NCBI RefSeq assembly: GCF_018350175.1 | Contig: NC_058383.1 | Coordinates: 29,080,001 to 29,144,000 of the forward strand | Direction: 5' to 3' | Length of the DNA stretch: 64,000 nt | Source of the DNA: Felis catus | Taxonomy: Eukaryota | Shown: in pieces, positions 12,633 through 26,824 of the stretch | How positions within the stretch are numbered: position 1 is the stretch's first letter | Layout: each line of letters begins with the position of its first letter | Position numbers and translations under genes: made by a program | The notes under the pieces: generated by a model | Databases searched by the model: none | The model's input: only the letters and a program-made list of their open reading frames with translations | What the model was told of the DNA's origin: nothing

Positions 12633-13032
12633 TCTTGTTTTCTTTTTAAATAACTATACAATACCTGCATTGTCAGAGCAAATGGCCCTTACACATCACA
12701 CTCTCTCCCTCACAGCCATCATTTGGTCTTAGTTGGACAGGTGAATATGTAATGCTCCCTTTTAGTTCCTCCGATGACGCTTCTTCAGTTTGGCTATCTG
12801 AAACTTCATCTCTAGTAAGGTTTTTAGGAAGTCGTGGGAAAAATGCTCCCAGAATTCTGGCATGTTGGTTTGAAAGCCAGTTTAGTTAGATATATATTTT
12901 TATTTAGAAGAGTTCAAATATTCTTTCCTTGAGTATTTTGAATATGGTATTCTATTTCCTTCTGACTTACAGTGCTTCTCTCGGAGTGTTAGGGCAATTT
13001 GATTTTTTTTTTTTTCTCTTCTAAATGACTTC

Positions 13033-13068
13033 TTTTTTTTTTTTAAGTTTATTCGTTTATTATTTCTG

Positions 13069-13106
<38 letters not shown>

Positions 13107-13271
13107 CAAGCCAGGGAGGGGCAGAGAGAGAGGGAGACACAGAATCCAAAGCAGGTTCCAGGCTCTGAGCTGTCAGCACAGAGCCCGATGTGGGGCTCGA
13201 ACTCACGAATCTCGAGATCATGACCTGACCTGAAGTCAGACGCTTACCTGACTGAGCCACCCAGGCTCCCC
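13033..13271 (-). mobile_element. CanSINE
   Basis: Poly-T, (GA)n and canonical body. Confidence 0.92.
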
Positions 13272-14050
13272 ACAGTGTGTCTTTTCGTTGTGCAGGAAAT
13301 AACCGTGTCTTTTTTTGTTGTTGGTTACTTCAGCCAAGTTGTCTTGAGTTAGCATTGTCAGCATTGTTCTGTTCCATTGCTTTTGTCTTTGTCTATGCAA
13401 ACACAAACCCATTTGGGCCTTTTTTTACCTGTCTTCTGTGTCACTTTCTTGTATGTCATTTTGAATCTCTTCATTCCTTTCGGTTTAAAACGTGTCTTCC
13501 TTCTCATCTTTTCTCTCCTAAGACACGTTGCACGTACTCACCTTTGTATTCCGATTTCGTCATCTATAAAAGTATTTCTTTTGTATCTCATTCTTTCTTG
13601 AGTTCTGGTCTCTTAAGCGCCGTCACCTCCTTTCTGAGTTTTTCTCCTTGTGATTTTGTCCTCGTGCGTTAGATCATGGTCTTAAATTCTTTCAGTTCCT
13701 TTCAAAATATTAGGTTCAGTTTTCATCTCTTTTGCAGGCATGTCTGACTGGCCTGCTCTCACCCGCTATAGGGATAATTTTTCCACTGCTTCTTTATAAT
13801 AACTTCCCATGGGATTTGAGCACAGTCCTCTTCTGTTACTCATTTTGGCTGTACTCTCTTTTTCTTTTTACTACTAAAACCCCTGAAGAAACATTAAATT
13901 GGCAATAAAATATGTTCTTGTACACATACTTGAGCTCACTTGTCAGTCCAGTGATCTAACGGCAGTGAAGCGTACCTGAGACTTCACTTCCTGAGGTGAG
14001 TTACAGCCATTTCATGTTTATGTTGTGGACATTGTTTAAAAAGGAAGTGA

Positions 14051-14178
14051 GGGGCGCCTGGGTGGCTCAGTCGGTTAAGCATTCTACTTCAGCTCGGGTC
14101 ATGATCTCACCGTCTGTGGGTTTGAGCCCTGCGTCGGGCTCTGTGCTGACAGCTCGGAGCCTGGAGCCTGCTTCGGAT

Positions 14179-14217
<39 letters not shown>

Positions 14218-14314
14218 CGCTCGCTCGCTCTCTCTCTGCCCTTCTCCCACTCGTGCTCTGTCTGTCTGTCTGTCTCTCCCCCTCAGAGATAAATAAACAT
14301 TAAAAAATTAAAAA
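14051..14314 (+). mobile_element. CanSINE
   Basis: Canonical head, body, CT tract and A tail. Confidence 0.93.
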
Positions 14315-14689
14315 CCACAAAATACGAAAACAGGACGCGAGCATCTCCCGAGTCCACGGGTCCAAGTTATGCGTGAAATGCTTATGTCTGAACAGTGAGA
14401 GTCAACAGCAAGTATGTATTTTAGAATTTGGCCAACACAATGACATGGGCAAATTTGGTTCAAGGGGAGAGTAAGGAACGGGCAAGTGTTGCTTTGGGCC
14501 TCCTGTAAAGACGTGCGTTCCCTGGACCACGTGACATGTTATTACCAACAGAGGGGTTCTGTGCCGAAAACTTTGCTTCACCTCTGCAGCTGTGATCACG
14601 AATAGTTTCACTTCACATGGCTCCTCTGTGCCGTCTCCTTTGTACAGAACGTCATTATCGAGTACCCACTGTATGCCGGCTTGTTCCAG

Positions 14690-15400
14690 GCTCACTCCTG
14701 CTGTGGGCCTTTCCACTGGCTCCTTCCTCCACTTGGAATGATCTTTCCCCCAGAAATTTGGTGACTCACACTCTCACCTCAGCTCCTGTGAATCAGTGCT
14801 CAAAAATTCTTCGTGGTGCTTTGCCTTGCCTCACTCCACTGAAAAGTCACTCTTCCATCCCCACCCGCTTCCTTGCCTTATTGTGCTCCAAAGCAATGTG
14901 ACTGGTTTTCCATTTTGCCAGCACCGCCCCACCCGCCCCATGTCTGTTTCCCCTTATCAGAACCTAAGGTCCAGGAAAGATCCCTGGATCCTAGAACAGT
15001 ACCGGATCGACCCTCGGCACGCAGAGGTTTATTGAATGAGTGCATGCATGCTGGGCCCTCACCTCGGTGCTGAGGATAGTGCTGAGAGCAACAGTTGCCC
15101 CCACCCTCATGGAATTTTGGGGGCTAGTGGGAGAGGGGACTTAAATTAGTCCAAGTGGGGAAAGTGCTGTATGAGAGGGCAGAGCAGGGATGCAGAGCTA
15201 GTCCGGGGCAGTCGGGGTGGGCTTCTCCAAGGGAGAATTTTGAGCTAAAAAGTGAAGGAACAGTGGCGTATGAGCTTTGTGACTGTGGTGGGGAATGTTC
15301 CAGAAAGACGGAGCACCTTTCTCAAAGACTCAGTGGCCAGCAGGAGCAAGGCTGACCTGTTCAGTTCAAGGAATTGGAAGAAGGCCAGTGCAGCTGGAGC
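14690..15400. mobile_element. LINE-2 3' fragments (sense piece to about 15040, then antisense piece)
   Basis: gggcctttccactggctccttcctccacttggaatg... and tttattgaatgagtg, then ccctcatggaatt...tttgagct...ggggaatgttccagaaaga; typical degenerate L2 motifs. Confidence 0.5.
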
Positions 15401-16004
15401 CCCGGCGGGGAGCTGGAGAGAGGTGAGCGGGCGAGAGGTGAGCAGGCAGCTGGGTGCAGCCGCCCGCCCAGCAGACCCTTTAGGCCCAGCCCTCGACTAG
15501 CTCTCGGTGAACTTCCGGAAAGCTATACCAGTCACAGTCACGTCGCTTGGGTCAGAACCTAGACAGTACGGTCTATCACAAGATGTATAGTAAACACAGG
15601 ATTTTACAGGACATCCAGCATGGCATTAGAATGATTAACAATGGAATCCATTCTTCATGGCCCACAAATGGTTCCCTCATAGTGATTTTGAGAGCCCTCG
15701 GATAAAATGAACTTATGTACAGTAAATGGTTCGTGTTTGCATTATGTGTTAGCAAGGTTACGGTACTGTGATGTTTTTGTTCTTACTAGTACACTTATTT
15801 GCTGAATTTTGGCAAGTATTAAGTGCTCCTGGAAGAGAAGCATTTATTTTAGTTGTAAGATTAAAAAAAGAAGGGGGGAGGAAACCTTTAAAATGTACTA
15901 GATGGTTGCTTTCAGTGCTAGTCTCCCTCGGAAAGGTCAAGTTTTATAGATCCGTATGGATGAAAAAAAGTATCCAAGGCACTAGGGCAGAATGGACAGG
16001 CCTG

Positions 16005-16095
16005 TGTGACTTCTGGGTCCTGGCTCTTAATGGCTGTGTGACGTTGGCCAGTTACTTGTGCAGTCTTTCTGAGCCGAGGCTTCCTCCTGTTTAAG
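16005..16095 (+). mobile_element. MIR fragment
   Basis: ggctgtgtgacgttggccagttactt...tctgagcc...ttcctcctgtttaa resembles the MIR core. Confidence 0.55.
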
Positions 16096-16575
16096 ACAGA
16101 GCTGAAATCCTACTTTGCCCACCCACCTGTAGCAAGTCAGGGAGCCTCCCCTCCACGGAATCAGGAGCTTCCCCTCCTGGGAATGGAGCCCCATTCCCAG
16201 TAGCTGCTTTGTCACAGGCCCTGGAGGCTGGGTGACGATATGTGAGAGTCTGACTAGCGCCACACTCAGCCTGGGCCTGGCCCTTCGGAAGCGCCCAGCT
16301 AAGTGCTAGTAGCTCTTACGTAGGGAACGGAAGACAAAGTTATGTGTCTTACTGGGTTTTGTACACAATTAATGGCTTTTAAAATATGCCTTCCAAAAGG
16401 AGAAAATAAAATCACTTATTTTTAGACCCTGGAGTTTTTTTTTAGAATTACTTTTGGATGCATTTAACCCTTTGGGTCCATGGGTCTCAACTTGAATCTG
16501 TTAAATGTAGTAACTGCAGAGGCATACGAGAGCTAAGAGATCTCAATCTTAACTTTGTCTTGATTTCAGTGCGTA

Positions 16576-16790
16576 GGGGTGCCTGGGTGGCGCAGTCGGT
16601 TAAGTGTCCGACTTCAGCCGGGTCACGATCTCGCGGTCCGTGAGTTCGAGCCCCGCGTCAGGCTCTGGGCTGATGGCTCGGAGTCTGGAGCCTGTTTCCG
16701 ATTCTGTGTCTCCCTCTCTCTCTGCCCCTCCCCCGTTCATGCTCTGTCTCTCCCTGTCCCAAAAATAAATAAACGTTAAAAAAAAAAAAA
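16576..16790 (+). mobile_element. Young CanSINE (SINEC_Fc-like) with perfect 15-bp TSD
   Basis: TSD ttgatttcagtgcgt at 16560-16574 and 16792-16806. Confidence 0.96.
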
Positions 16791-17809
16791 TTTGATTTCA
16801 GTGCGTTGATTCAAGCTTATGTTATGTGTGATGTGTTTATCAGCTACCCTCTCTGACTAATGTTGTAATCATGTCTTGCTTGAATGCATCCCAAGAAATT
16901 TTTTTTTTTTTAACGAACCATCAAATAGGATGTGGTTTGGGGTTTTCTCAGCAATGGGAATATACGTGTGTTAATATGTCTAGACTCTCTTTCCCCCTTC
17001 TTTGTGATCAGCAGAATTCATTTCCAAGCAGTGTGTTAGGGATATAGACTGTGTCCCTAGAATGAGCCAAGCTATCTCATCCTTGACCTTTAAAAGATAA
17101 CAGGACCTTGGACTTTCCGCCCTGCCCTGTGTTAGCTCATGGAGATAAGCGAGGTCTGTGCTTTATAGTCTGAGCTGGCAGTGAATTAAAAAAAAATTTT
17201 TTTATGTATAAGGGAAGACCATTGTACAACTTAAAGAAATATTTGTATAGATTGTAGATAAGAGTAAGAATTTGTGATCTGATTTTTGTGTGTTCTTGGG
17301 ACTTTGAAATGGAAAATGATCCAGAAAGTACCTTTATTGTACAACCTCATGATTGGGTGGCGTTCAGAACTTTGGAAATTGGTGAACGTATTTTTTTTTG
17401 CTTTGTGATTCGGTTCTTTTCTACCTTCTCTGCTCTTTGTGTGGGTTTATTTTCTTCTCTTGTCTTTCCTCCTTCCTGGTTTATCCTAACAGAAGAGCAA
17501 GCTTGGCTGGATGATAAGCATTGTCTGCATAGCTAAGTCAAAACACCATGTCACAAAGGGGGTGGTAGGTACATGGTCTGATGCCCTGTGCTTCCACTGT
17601 GTGCAGACCCAGGGCTCCAAATGCAGGGACCTCCCGTGATCTTTGGAAAAGCAGAATGGTAGATTAAGGAACTAAGTCCGGCTGTCGGTTTGGGCTTCCT
17701 TCTTTGTCATTGTCACTAAGCAGTTATTTCCTTGCCTAGATCATCCTTTTTCCTCTTCAAATCATACAGATTAATCTCTCTTCTTGTGCTTTAAAAAAAT
17801 GAGTGTTTA

Positions 17810-18016
17810 GGGCCTCCTGGGTGGCTCAGTTAAGCGTCTGACTCTTGATCTCGGCTCAGGTCATGATCTCACAGTTCCTGAGTTCGAGCCCTGCATCAGG
17901 TTCTGTGCTGATGTCATGGACCATCACTACCACCCCCCCCCCTCCACCCCCCACCACCAATTATATGCTTGCTTGTTCGCTCTGTCTCAAAATTATTAAA
18001 TAAACTTTTTAAAAAA
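17810..18016 (+). mobile_element. CanSINE, degenerate, with C-rich replacement of the CT tract
   Basis: SINE head and tail flank accacccccccccctccacccccc. Confidence 0.85.
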
Positions 18017-18769
18017 GTGAATTTTTATAAATCCCTGTATCATTTGTGGTTCTACACAGGGACTTAATTATCCCTAAGTAAATAGTTTTCCCAGCCTTCA
18101 TTTTTTTCTAGAATTTGTAAGAATGATAGAAAAACACAGTACTGGTTAAATTAGCTCTTATAATATGTATTAGGAGTTGCCCTGGATGGCAGTTTATAGT
18201 TTTAGGAGAATATCTCTTTTTTTGCAATTCTTGTTGAAATTTGTTTGCTGAAACTCATTATTACCCCCACGGTTTGGAAATGGCCCTGACCTTTTCTTTT
18301 CCTCACAAAAGAACAAATCCCCAGCCCTCTGCTGTTGTATTTCCCCTCCAGGGAAGAGTCTTAGGCAGCAGACAAGCTTGAAAGTGCCCCGTGGCAATAC
18401 TGAGTAGGTTAAATTAGTAACCGTTGGATTTCTGGGAATCTTCTCTGAATACAAGTGTTTCTGCCAGCTGTTTCTGTCACTGTTTTGTTGGGATGTTTTT
18501 GTTTATTGGCTCTGGATAAGGAGTTAGAACTTTCTACTGAAAGAAAATTTAGGACCATGGTAGCACGATGGGTTGTCTACCTCTACTCTGGAGAGTTGTG
18601 AAGCCCATTTCTTAGGGACCAGGAGGAACAAGGGCACTTAACCATATTCTTCCCTACTAATGAAAGTTGCTACCCGAGTGTTTATTCCTTCAAGACTAGA
18701 AAAATATATATATCCGCCCCACCTCCCGCAAGGGTTAGAAAATGCACTTTTTCTTTTTTTTTTTCAAAA

Positions 18770-18988
18770 AATTTTTAATGTTTTATTTTTGAGAGAGAGA
18801 GACAGTGCACGCATGCATGCGCCTACGGGGGAGGGGCAAAGAGAGAGAGGCAGACGCAGAATCCGAAGCAGGCTCCAGGTTCCGAGCTGTCAGCACAGAG
18901 CCTGACGCGGGGCTCAAATCCACAAACTGCAAGACCATGATCTGAGCCGAAGTGGGATGCTTAACCGACTGAGCCACCCAGGGGCCCC
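18770..18988 (-). mobile_element. CanSINE
   Basis: Canonical antisense body; aaatgcac on both flanks. Confidence 0.92.
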
Positions 18989-19956
18989 AGAAATGCACCT
19001 TTTCTTGTGAAAGGAATTACTGCCTGGAACACTAGATTCTGTAGGCTTCTGTTTGTTTTTTACTTCAGCTATGCAAGTCTCTAATTTGCTTTAATACATT
19101 TTTACCCTAACACAGTGTTTCAGTTAATATTACAAATAAAAATGCTTTTCAGGTGCTCTTAGATATTGTGATCTTTGATCAAGTACTAGAGCTTAATATT
19201 TGTGAGTTTTAAATCATAACAAGAATGATCAGAGTTTACAATTTGATATTCATTTGATAGCTCTTACGTGATGGGCAGGGTTAAGGGTTTAAACATTTCG
19301 TCCCCCAAGTATTCCTTCCCATGAAAGTGGATTGGTAGTTACAGTGCTTTACCATCTGTGACATTTCAAAATAATCTCTTCTAGCTGCAGAGAAACTTAG
19401 TAACTAATCATGCAATACATCATATTTTTTGGATAGAGTCTTCTCTTCCCCTTCTGGCCACCCCCAGTTCAGTAACTGTTAAGTGCACACTGTTTGTTCT
19501 TTCTGTGGGGAAGCAGCATGGCCAGTGTAATGACGACATTCTCACGACGGAGGCTGGAGTCAGAGTACCCGTCTGTGCAGTGGTGTCCTTGTCTGCATGG
19601 ACAAGGGGGCCGACCGGGGAAGTCAGAGAAGCAGGTTGACACAGTGTTGTTTACTCTGGCAGCTTGTAGCCTCCTGGGAAAGGTTCCCTTCTCAGTAGAG
19701 GGGGCTTTCTTGGGAGATTCGTCTCAGTACGCACAGTCCACTACGTGGTTTATTTTATGGCAAACTTTACATATGATTTCAGAATAATTTTTATTTTTTA
19801 GTCATTCAGCTTATTTGGAAATTTTACCTCCGGGATCCTCATAATGATTTTATTATTCTCAGAATACTATACCTCTAAGAGTAATTTTTAAATTCTATCA
19901 AATGGTAGAAATTGTCAAGTTAAGATGTTGATTTGCATACGTTCCACAATGATAGA

Positions 19957-20190
19957 GAGGCGCCTGGGTGGCTCAGTCAGTTGAGCGTCCAGTTCTTGAT
20001 TTCGGCTCAGGTCATGATCTCGTGGTCATGGGATCGAGCCCCGCCTCAGGCTCCGTGCTGGGATGGAGTCTGTTTGGGATTCCCTCCCTCTTTATCTCTC
20101 TCTCTCCCTCCCCCTCTGCCCCTTTCCCCCACCCGCATGCACACACTCTCTCTCTTTCTCAAATAAAAAGATAAATTTTAAAAAAGAAAT
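19957..20190 (+). mobile_element. CanSINE (older subfamily)
   Basis: Canonical head, CT tract, A tail. Confidence 0.9.
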
Positions 20191-20684
20191 CATAGAGGGA
20201 TTTCCATTTACTTTGTGATCTCTTAAGCCAGTGAGTAGTCATAAATGAAATGAATTGTGGAATTTTGGTTGTGTCTCGATTAGGATTTTTGAGGTTGAGC
20301 TATAGCCAAACACCGAATTAATTAAATAAAATATTGAGACTGCATTTATTTCGGTGTTGGCTGGCATTAAATCAATCCTTTTGAGTATCTAGCATTTCAG
20401 CATATTAATAATAATTTGTGTAAACTTATTCATAACTCATAGCCTTCCTCTATAATTTTCAGAAACTTTGCTATACCGCGGCCAGATAAAAAGTTTTCTT
20501 TTTAAATAGAGCTCTCTCCTAGTTATTACAGAGGACAGCACTGTAGGAACATGAGCCTGTATTCCCTGCACCCAGTTTTCAGGTCATCAGACAAGGTAAC
20601 TACAGTAACAAAAATTTCACTATGTTTCAAGTCTAAGAATGCCAATTTTTTTGGCCTTTTATCTTTAAAAGACACTTTAAAAAA

Positions 20685-21380
20685 TTTTTCTTTAATGTTT
20701 ACTTTTGACAGAGAAAGAGACAGCGGTGGGGGGGGGGGGGTGGAGGGAGAACGAGCAGAGGAGGGGCAGAGGGAGAGGGAGACATAGAATCTGAGGCAGG
20801 CTCCAGGCTCCGAGCTGTCAGCACAGAGCCCGACACGGGGCTGGAACTCACAAACTGCAAGATCGTGACCTGAGCGGAAGTCAGATGCTTAACGGACTGA
20901 GCCACCCAGGCAACCCTATTTACTTATTTATCTTTAAAGTTGATTTATTCATTTTGAGAGAGACAGAGACACTGCGAGCAGGGGTGGGGCAGAGAGAGAG
21001 GGAGAGAGAGAATCTCAAGCAGCCTCCATACTGATGTGGGGCTCGAACCCAGGAACCGTGAGATCATGACCTGAGCTGAAACTAAGAGTCGGACGCTTAA
21101 CTGACTGAGTCACTCAGATGCCCCTAAAAATACTTTAAAAAAAAAATCGGAATACATGCTCATTATAAAATTTCTTTAATGTTTTACTTTTGAAAAAGAG
21201 AGAGAGAGACAGAATGAGCAGTGGAGGGACAGAGAGAGAGAGGGAGACACAGAATCCAAAGCAGGCTCCAGGCTCTGAGCTGTCAGCACAAAGCCCGACG
21301 TGCACCCTGAACCCATGAACTGTGAGATCATGACCTGAGCGGAAGTCGGAAGCTTAACCTATTGACCCTCCCAGGTGCCC
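20685..21380 (-). mobile_element. Three tandem antisense CanSINEs (about 20685-20917, 20935-21124, 21170-21380)
   Basis: Three bodies, each containing gatc(a/g)tgacctgagc. Confidence 0.92.
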
Positions 21381-22284
21381 TGAATACGTGCTCATTGTAG
21401 AAAATCAAGTAGAGACACACAACACACCAACAGAATTAAAAAACAAAATCAACTAGAAATAATCGTGATGACATTCAGGCATATTTTCTTGCTGTATTTT
21501 GCCTCTTTATCTTATGTGGGTAGAATCATACCATACACAGAGCTTGAGGTTTTGTTTTTTTTCAATAACAGTTGAGAGAAGTTTTCTCAAGTTATTTTAA
21601 CTCTGTGAAAACTGGCTGCATTCGTTAAATCAGTCTGGGTCGATATACGATGATTTACCCAACAATATTATTATGGAGTTTTTAAGCTGTGTTTCATTTG
21701 TAGTGTTATCAATAACACTGTCAGACCTCTTTGGGCACAAGAATGTTATATGAAAGAAGAAATTCCATGTGCAAAATTCCAAGTCTCTGGAGTGTCACTT
21801 GGTCTCTGTCTGTGGCACAATTTTTGGTTTTATAAAAGGCTTACAAATCAGAATTTCTCATATTGCCAGTTTGCCCCATGCAAAGGTGTTATGTCGGTTT
21901 ATAATCCATCCAGTGTTAGGTATTTTTTTTTTTTTTTTCAAAACATTATCAGCACTTCTTTGATTGCTGAGGAAGGATGTATTTTCTTTCTTTGTTTTCC
22001 TTGCAGTTGGACTTGATGCATTTTATTTTGTTTAGTTTTTGCTATTTTCCCCAACTTTATACTTTGAAAAGTTTCAGACCTGTAGATAAGATAGCAACTT
22101 TGTCGTATCTGCTTTAACTCCCCCTTAGTCTCCAGGCACATACATGTGCACACACACATATACACGTACATTCATAACAAAATAGCGTATATCAATGTGT
22201 GTGTGTGTGCGTGTACTTTTCTTTGTAGGAAATGCATGATCTTGGTTTAGGTCCCAGTTAATGCCTATTAGAATTTTTTATTAT

Positions 22285-22513
22285 TATTTTTTTTTTTTAA
22301 TTTTTTTTTCAACGTTTATTTTATTTTGGGGACAGAGAGAGACAGAGCATGAACGGGGGAGGAGCAGAGAGAGAGGGAGACACAGAATCGGAAACAGGCT
22401 CCAGGCTCCGAGCCATCAGCCCAGAGCCCGACGCGGGGCTCGAACTCACGGACCTCGAGATCGTGACCTGGCTGAAGTCGGACGCTTAACCGACTGCGCC
22501 ACCCAGGCGCCCC
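22285..22513 (-). mobile_element. Young CanSINE (SINEC_Fc-like)
   Basis: Near-identical to the copies at 12402, 16576 and 37878; CpGs intact. Confidence 0.96.
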
Positions 22514-23349
22514 TTTTATTATTTTGTAACAAGAACCAGTCATCACGTATTTAGTCCTCATGGCTCTTCAGTGTTCCTTACTCTAGAACAGTTCCCCAGC
22601 ACGTTTTTGTTTTTCACAGCGTTGACATTCTTGAGGAGTTCAGCCCAGTGGTCATTTTGCTCTGTGTGCTTTGTCCGTCCCATGATAAGATTCCAAGTAA
22701 GAGCTTGTGGCGCGAGTCTTACCTAGGCGATGTGTTCTCAGCGACAGCGTGTTCCATTATTACTGATGTTGCAGTAGATGAGCTCGTTAGGTGGTGACTT
22801 CGTTCTCCCCTGTAGCTTTCCCCCTTTGTGATTAATAAGCACTCCACAGATAAGACTCGTACAAGGATGTCATCTGTTCACTGTACTTGTTGTCCCAGCG
22901 GCCCTGGAGTTACTTTGACAGTTTAATTGGTTCTTCTTATTTAGAGAATTGTGTGCTTTTCTTACTGATTTGTAAGTATACTTATGTTATGATTGTGATT
23001 TATTTTTAATACTCAGTGAACCATCGGTTATTAGATATTAAATGCTGTTATCAAATTTTCCTAACAACTCTGTGGAACACAGGTATGATTTCCCCCCTTC
23101 ATTTCACAGAAGAAATGGATGCTTAAGGAGATTAATTCTGGGTTTTGTGTTTGCAGATATTTACCCCCGTTTGTCATGTACTTCTTCACATAGGTCTATT
23201 TGACTACACCACATCTTTGCATTTTTCCATAGTAACAGCTATTAATTTATTTTTTCATAGTTTCTACCTTTGGCATCTTCTTTAGAAGCATGAAATATTT
23301 AATCCAACAGGGACGAGTTTTGCTCAAATGACACTTGTTGGTAAATATT

Positions 23350-23475
23350 TAGGGTTGCCAGATTTTGCTTAAAATAAGTGTGTCCCAGATATCGTATAGA
23401 ACGTACTAATACTAAAAAATGATCTGTTGCTTATTTGAAATTCAGCTGTAACTGGGCATTCAGTATTTTTACTTG
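23350..23475 (+). mobile_element. MER53-like DNA transposon remnant, internally deleted
   Basis: tagggttgccagattt...tactaaaaaat...tgaaattca...taactgggcattc.gtatttt matches recalled MER53. Confidence 0.65.
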
Positions 23476-23605
23476 CCTCCTCATCAGGAAGCCTTTCTCT
23501 ATGTCATTTAAAACTGTAAAGCCGTCTCAGCACTCCCTGCTTTTCCTTCTTTCCAAAGCACGACTCATCTATGGTGTATTTTCAAGTTTTTGTTTAGTGT
23601 CTCTA

Positions 23606-23987
23606 TTTTTTTTTTTTTTTTACATTTATTCACCTTTGAGAGACAGAGACAGAGACAGAGAGAGACAGAGTGTGAGCAGGGGAGGGGCAGAGAGAGAAGG
23701 ACACACAGAATCTAAAGCAGGCCCCAGGCTGTGAGCTGTCAGCACAGAGCCCGACGCAGGCCTTGAGCCCAGGAACCATGAGATCATGACCTGAGCCCAA
23801 GTTGGATGCTTAACCAGCTGAGCCACCCATGCGCCCTTCTTCTTCTTCTTTTTTTTTTTTTTTAAGTAGGCTTCATATCCAGCACAGAGTTCAATTCGGG
23901 GCTTGAACTCATGACTCTGAGATCAAGTCCTTAGCTAACTAAGATCAGGAGTCAGACGGTTAATTAACTGAGCCACCCAGGTGCCCC
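23606..23987 (-). mobile_element. Two antisense CanSINEs (about 23606-23836 and a short form at 23850-23987)
   Basis: Poly-T tails and canonical bodies. Confidence 0.9.
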
Positions 23988-24090
23988 TAGTGTCTGTATT
24001 CTTCTATTGGAATGCAAAATCCATGAAGGCAGGACTTTTTTTTTTTTTTTTAAGTGAAGTTTAACATACATAGAGAGAAGTGCATGTATT

Positions 24091-24322
24091 GGGGCACCTG
24101 GGTGGCTCAGTCAGTTAAGCGTCTGACTCTTGGTTTTGGCTCAGGTCATGATCTTATGGTTTCGTGAGTTCAAGCTCCATGTCCGGCTTTGCACTTAGCA
24201 GCACGGAGCCTGCTTGGGATTCTCTCCCTCTCTTTCTCTCTCTCTCTCTCTGTCTCTGTCTCTCTCTGTGCCCTCCCCCACTCATGCTCTCTCAAAATAA
24301 ACTTAAAAAAAATTTTTTTTTA
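24091..24322 (+). mobile_element. CanSINE
   Basis: Canonical; tgcatgtat on both flanks. Confidence 0.92.
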
Positions 24323-24674
24323 AAACTGCATGTATCATAAATGTACTTCTCAAAGAATTATCTCAAAGTGAACATACCCATCTAACCACCGTCCAGAAGG
24401 GCAGAGATTTTTATTCTAAATGTATTTTCAGTGCCGAAAATAGTGCCTCACGTATAGTGGGTGATCAGCACGTATTTGCTTGAGTGCATCAGTATTGTAA
24501 CCTGTGGGCTAGGCATCCAAGTTACTTTTGTCCAAATAACTAGCCAGAGAACTTACTGATTATTTGTTTGGTTATTATCCCTTTGAAAGGCATAACTTTT
24601 AGTGAATATGACTAGCATATTACTTAGCTTTTACCCTACTGTTGAACATTTAGGAGGTTTATTTATGTTTCTCT

Positions 24675-24869
24675 TTTTAAGTTTTATTTATTTATTTTGA
24701 GAGCAAGAGAGAGCATGAGTAGGGGAAGAACAGAGAGCGAGAATCCCAAGTAGGCTCCGCACTATCAGCACAGAGCCCACTGTGGGGCTCAGACTCACAA
24801 ACTGTGAAATCATGACCTGAGCTGAAACCAAGAGTTAGAGCCTTAACTGACGAGCCACCCAGGTGCCCC
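24675..24869 (-). mobile_element. CanSINE
   Basis: Canonical; TSD tatttatgttt on both flanks. Confidence 0.92.
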
Positions 24870-26824
24870 TATTTATGTTTTTTTAAATGTATGTATATAC
24901 ATTTTCACCTCCAAACGTCTCTGTGCGTAAAAAAATCAGTTCTCATCTTAGGTTGTTTTCATGGACTGGTTTCCTAAAAGAAGAATCACGAGGTCAAAGG
25001 ATATGAGCTTCTTTAAGCCCCTTCTCATGTAGATAGAACATTCACTGACAGTCTGTGGACTGTCTGCTGCAGAAGGCACACAGAGAGGACTGACGGGATG
25101 GGACTGTGTCCCCTACGTCCGAGAACAGCTAGGGTAGGTGGCCAGTGCGTGGCAGCTTCCTTGCTTTGGTCGCTAGAGTGACCGAATGCCTTGTCTGGGA
25201 ATGCCACTTTCTCGCATTACATAGGCTGCAAGACTTTGGTCCAGTCAGTTCGCAGATTTCAGTTTTCTCCTCTTACACAATGTGGGGAGCAGAGGGTAGC
25301 GTCAGCGGTGTGGACCATGCCGGATGTGGTCTCAACAAGTGTCAGCGGCTCCTTTGGTGCACGTGGCCCCCGCTGCTCAAAGTTCCCCCAGGCCCTGGTC
25401 CGTACCATTCAGACGAGCTAGCTGACTGATGCAAGGGGACCCCTTCACCCAGGCCAAGACATAGTTGTCCGGTCAGTGAGGGATGGGTGTGAGCTTGCAG
25501 GACAGGATTCCCACCTTCCATTGTGCCCACACCTCCGTGGGTCAGAACCCCTTTTGGACAGATTTATTTGAACTTTGAGAGTGCACCCTCATAGCATGGG
25601 CTGCCCCTGCCTTTCCTAGCTGGTCCACGATACATCCGTTTCTGGCACCTTTGCTGGAAAAGTAGATATTGCATTACCCATTACCCTTTTCTCATACCAG
25701 TCAGCTCTTTCCAGGACTGCTTCTAACTATAGAGAACTCTTCTAACAGCTCCATGAATGTCGTTTGTGAATCTAGAGTACAAATTGTCCTGTGTAAGCTA
25801 CTCTCTATGTATATTACATCCACATCCTGGCTGCCAAGAGAAAGTGGGGGTTCCTTCTTCCTTCTTATATTCTCACTCTAGCAGAAAAGAGAATTGGTCA
25901 TTCATTCAGCCAGTATTTATTCCCAAGGGCCTCTGTGGGAGAACGTCATTCTTAAAACCCTGAACTTCCACTAAATACCCCTAACACCAAAGGAGTGCCG
26001 GTAGGAACGCTCAAGGGCATTGGGGGCGAGGAGGGGGGGAGTGGAAGGAGAGATAGAGGAAGGAGTTGGCATTTCTGTGCAGTCTCGTGTTTTATTTAAA
26101 CCCTTCTCACAAATTTAAAAAATTCCACTCTATAATACATCTTTTATTTTAATATTAAAATGTTTTAAATTACCAGATTAATTATTCAGCTTTTCCTTCC
26201 TGATCTCCAGTAAAATCCATGCTCCGGGAAAGTTCAGATGTGGTTATTCAGTGGCTTGTAGTAAGTCTGCAGGCACGGGGCTGTTCGGAAGCAGAGAGGT
26301 AACCGTATGAGATATTCTCTCCCAGAGAAACGTCACTGGTGATACAGGATGACTGAAACACGTTCCTTGTCTTCCGATAACTGGCCTGGGCGTGTGTGGT
26401 TAGAGGACAGGCACAAGGCGTGGATTGTGTAGTCACTAGTTTTCCGACCACAGTTGCTTCATAACATTTTTAAGCTTGAGTATTCAGCCATTCAAACTTA
26501 CTCATTTGGGGGAGGTGGTTTTTTTTTTTTTTTTTGCAGCAATACTGGTTTTGCTGGTCGCTCCACCCAGTGAAAGGATGCATCCAAGTGAGTCGGAGAT
26601 GAAATGGGAAATACAGATCTGCTTCTGCCATGTGAATATCAGTTCTCCCCTTCTGCCCATAGCGAGCTGTCTAGAGTGTGGTCGGCCGCGTGGTCCTCAC
26701 GTGTGCCCTGTCTTCCGCCTCTGGTGTGGGAGGGAAGAGGAAACGCGGTGTACGTTCTGACCCTGTGGGGAGGAACAGCCACGTGGGGTGCCAGTGTGGC
26801 ACCTCCCAAGGGCATTTTCTCTTC

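Noticed and set aside
23350..23475. MER53-derived microRNA hairpin
   Set aside because: Most of the left arm of the palindrome is deleted, so the long hairpin cannot form.
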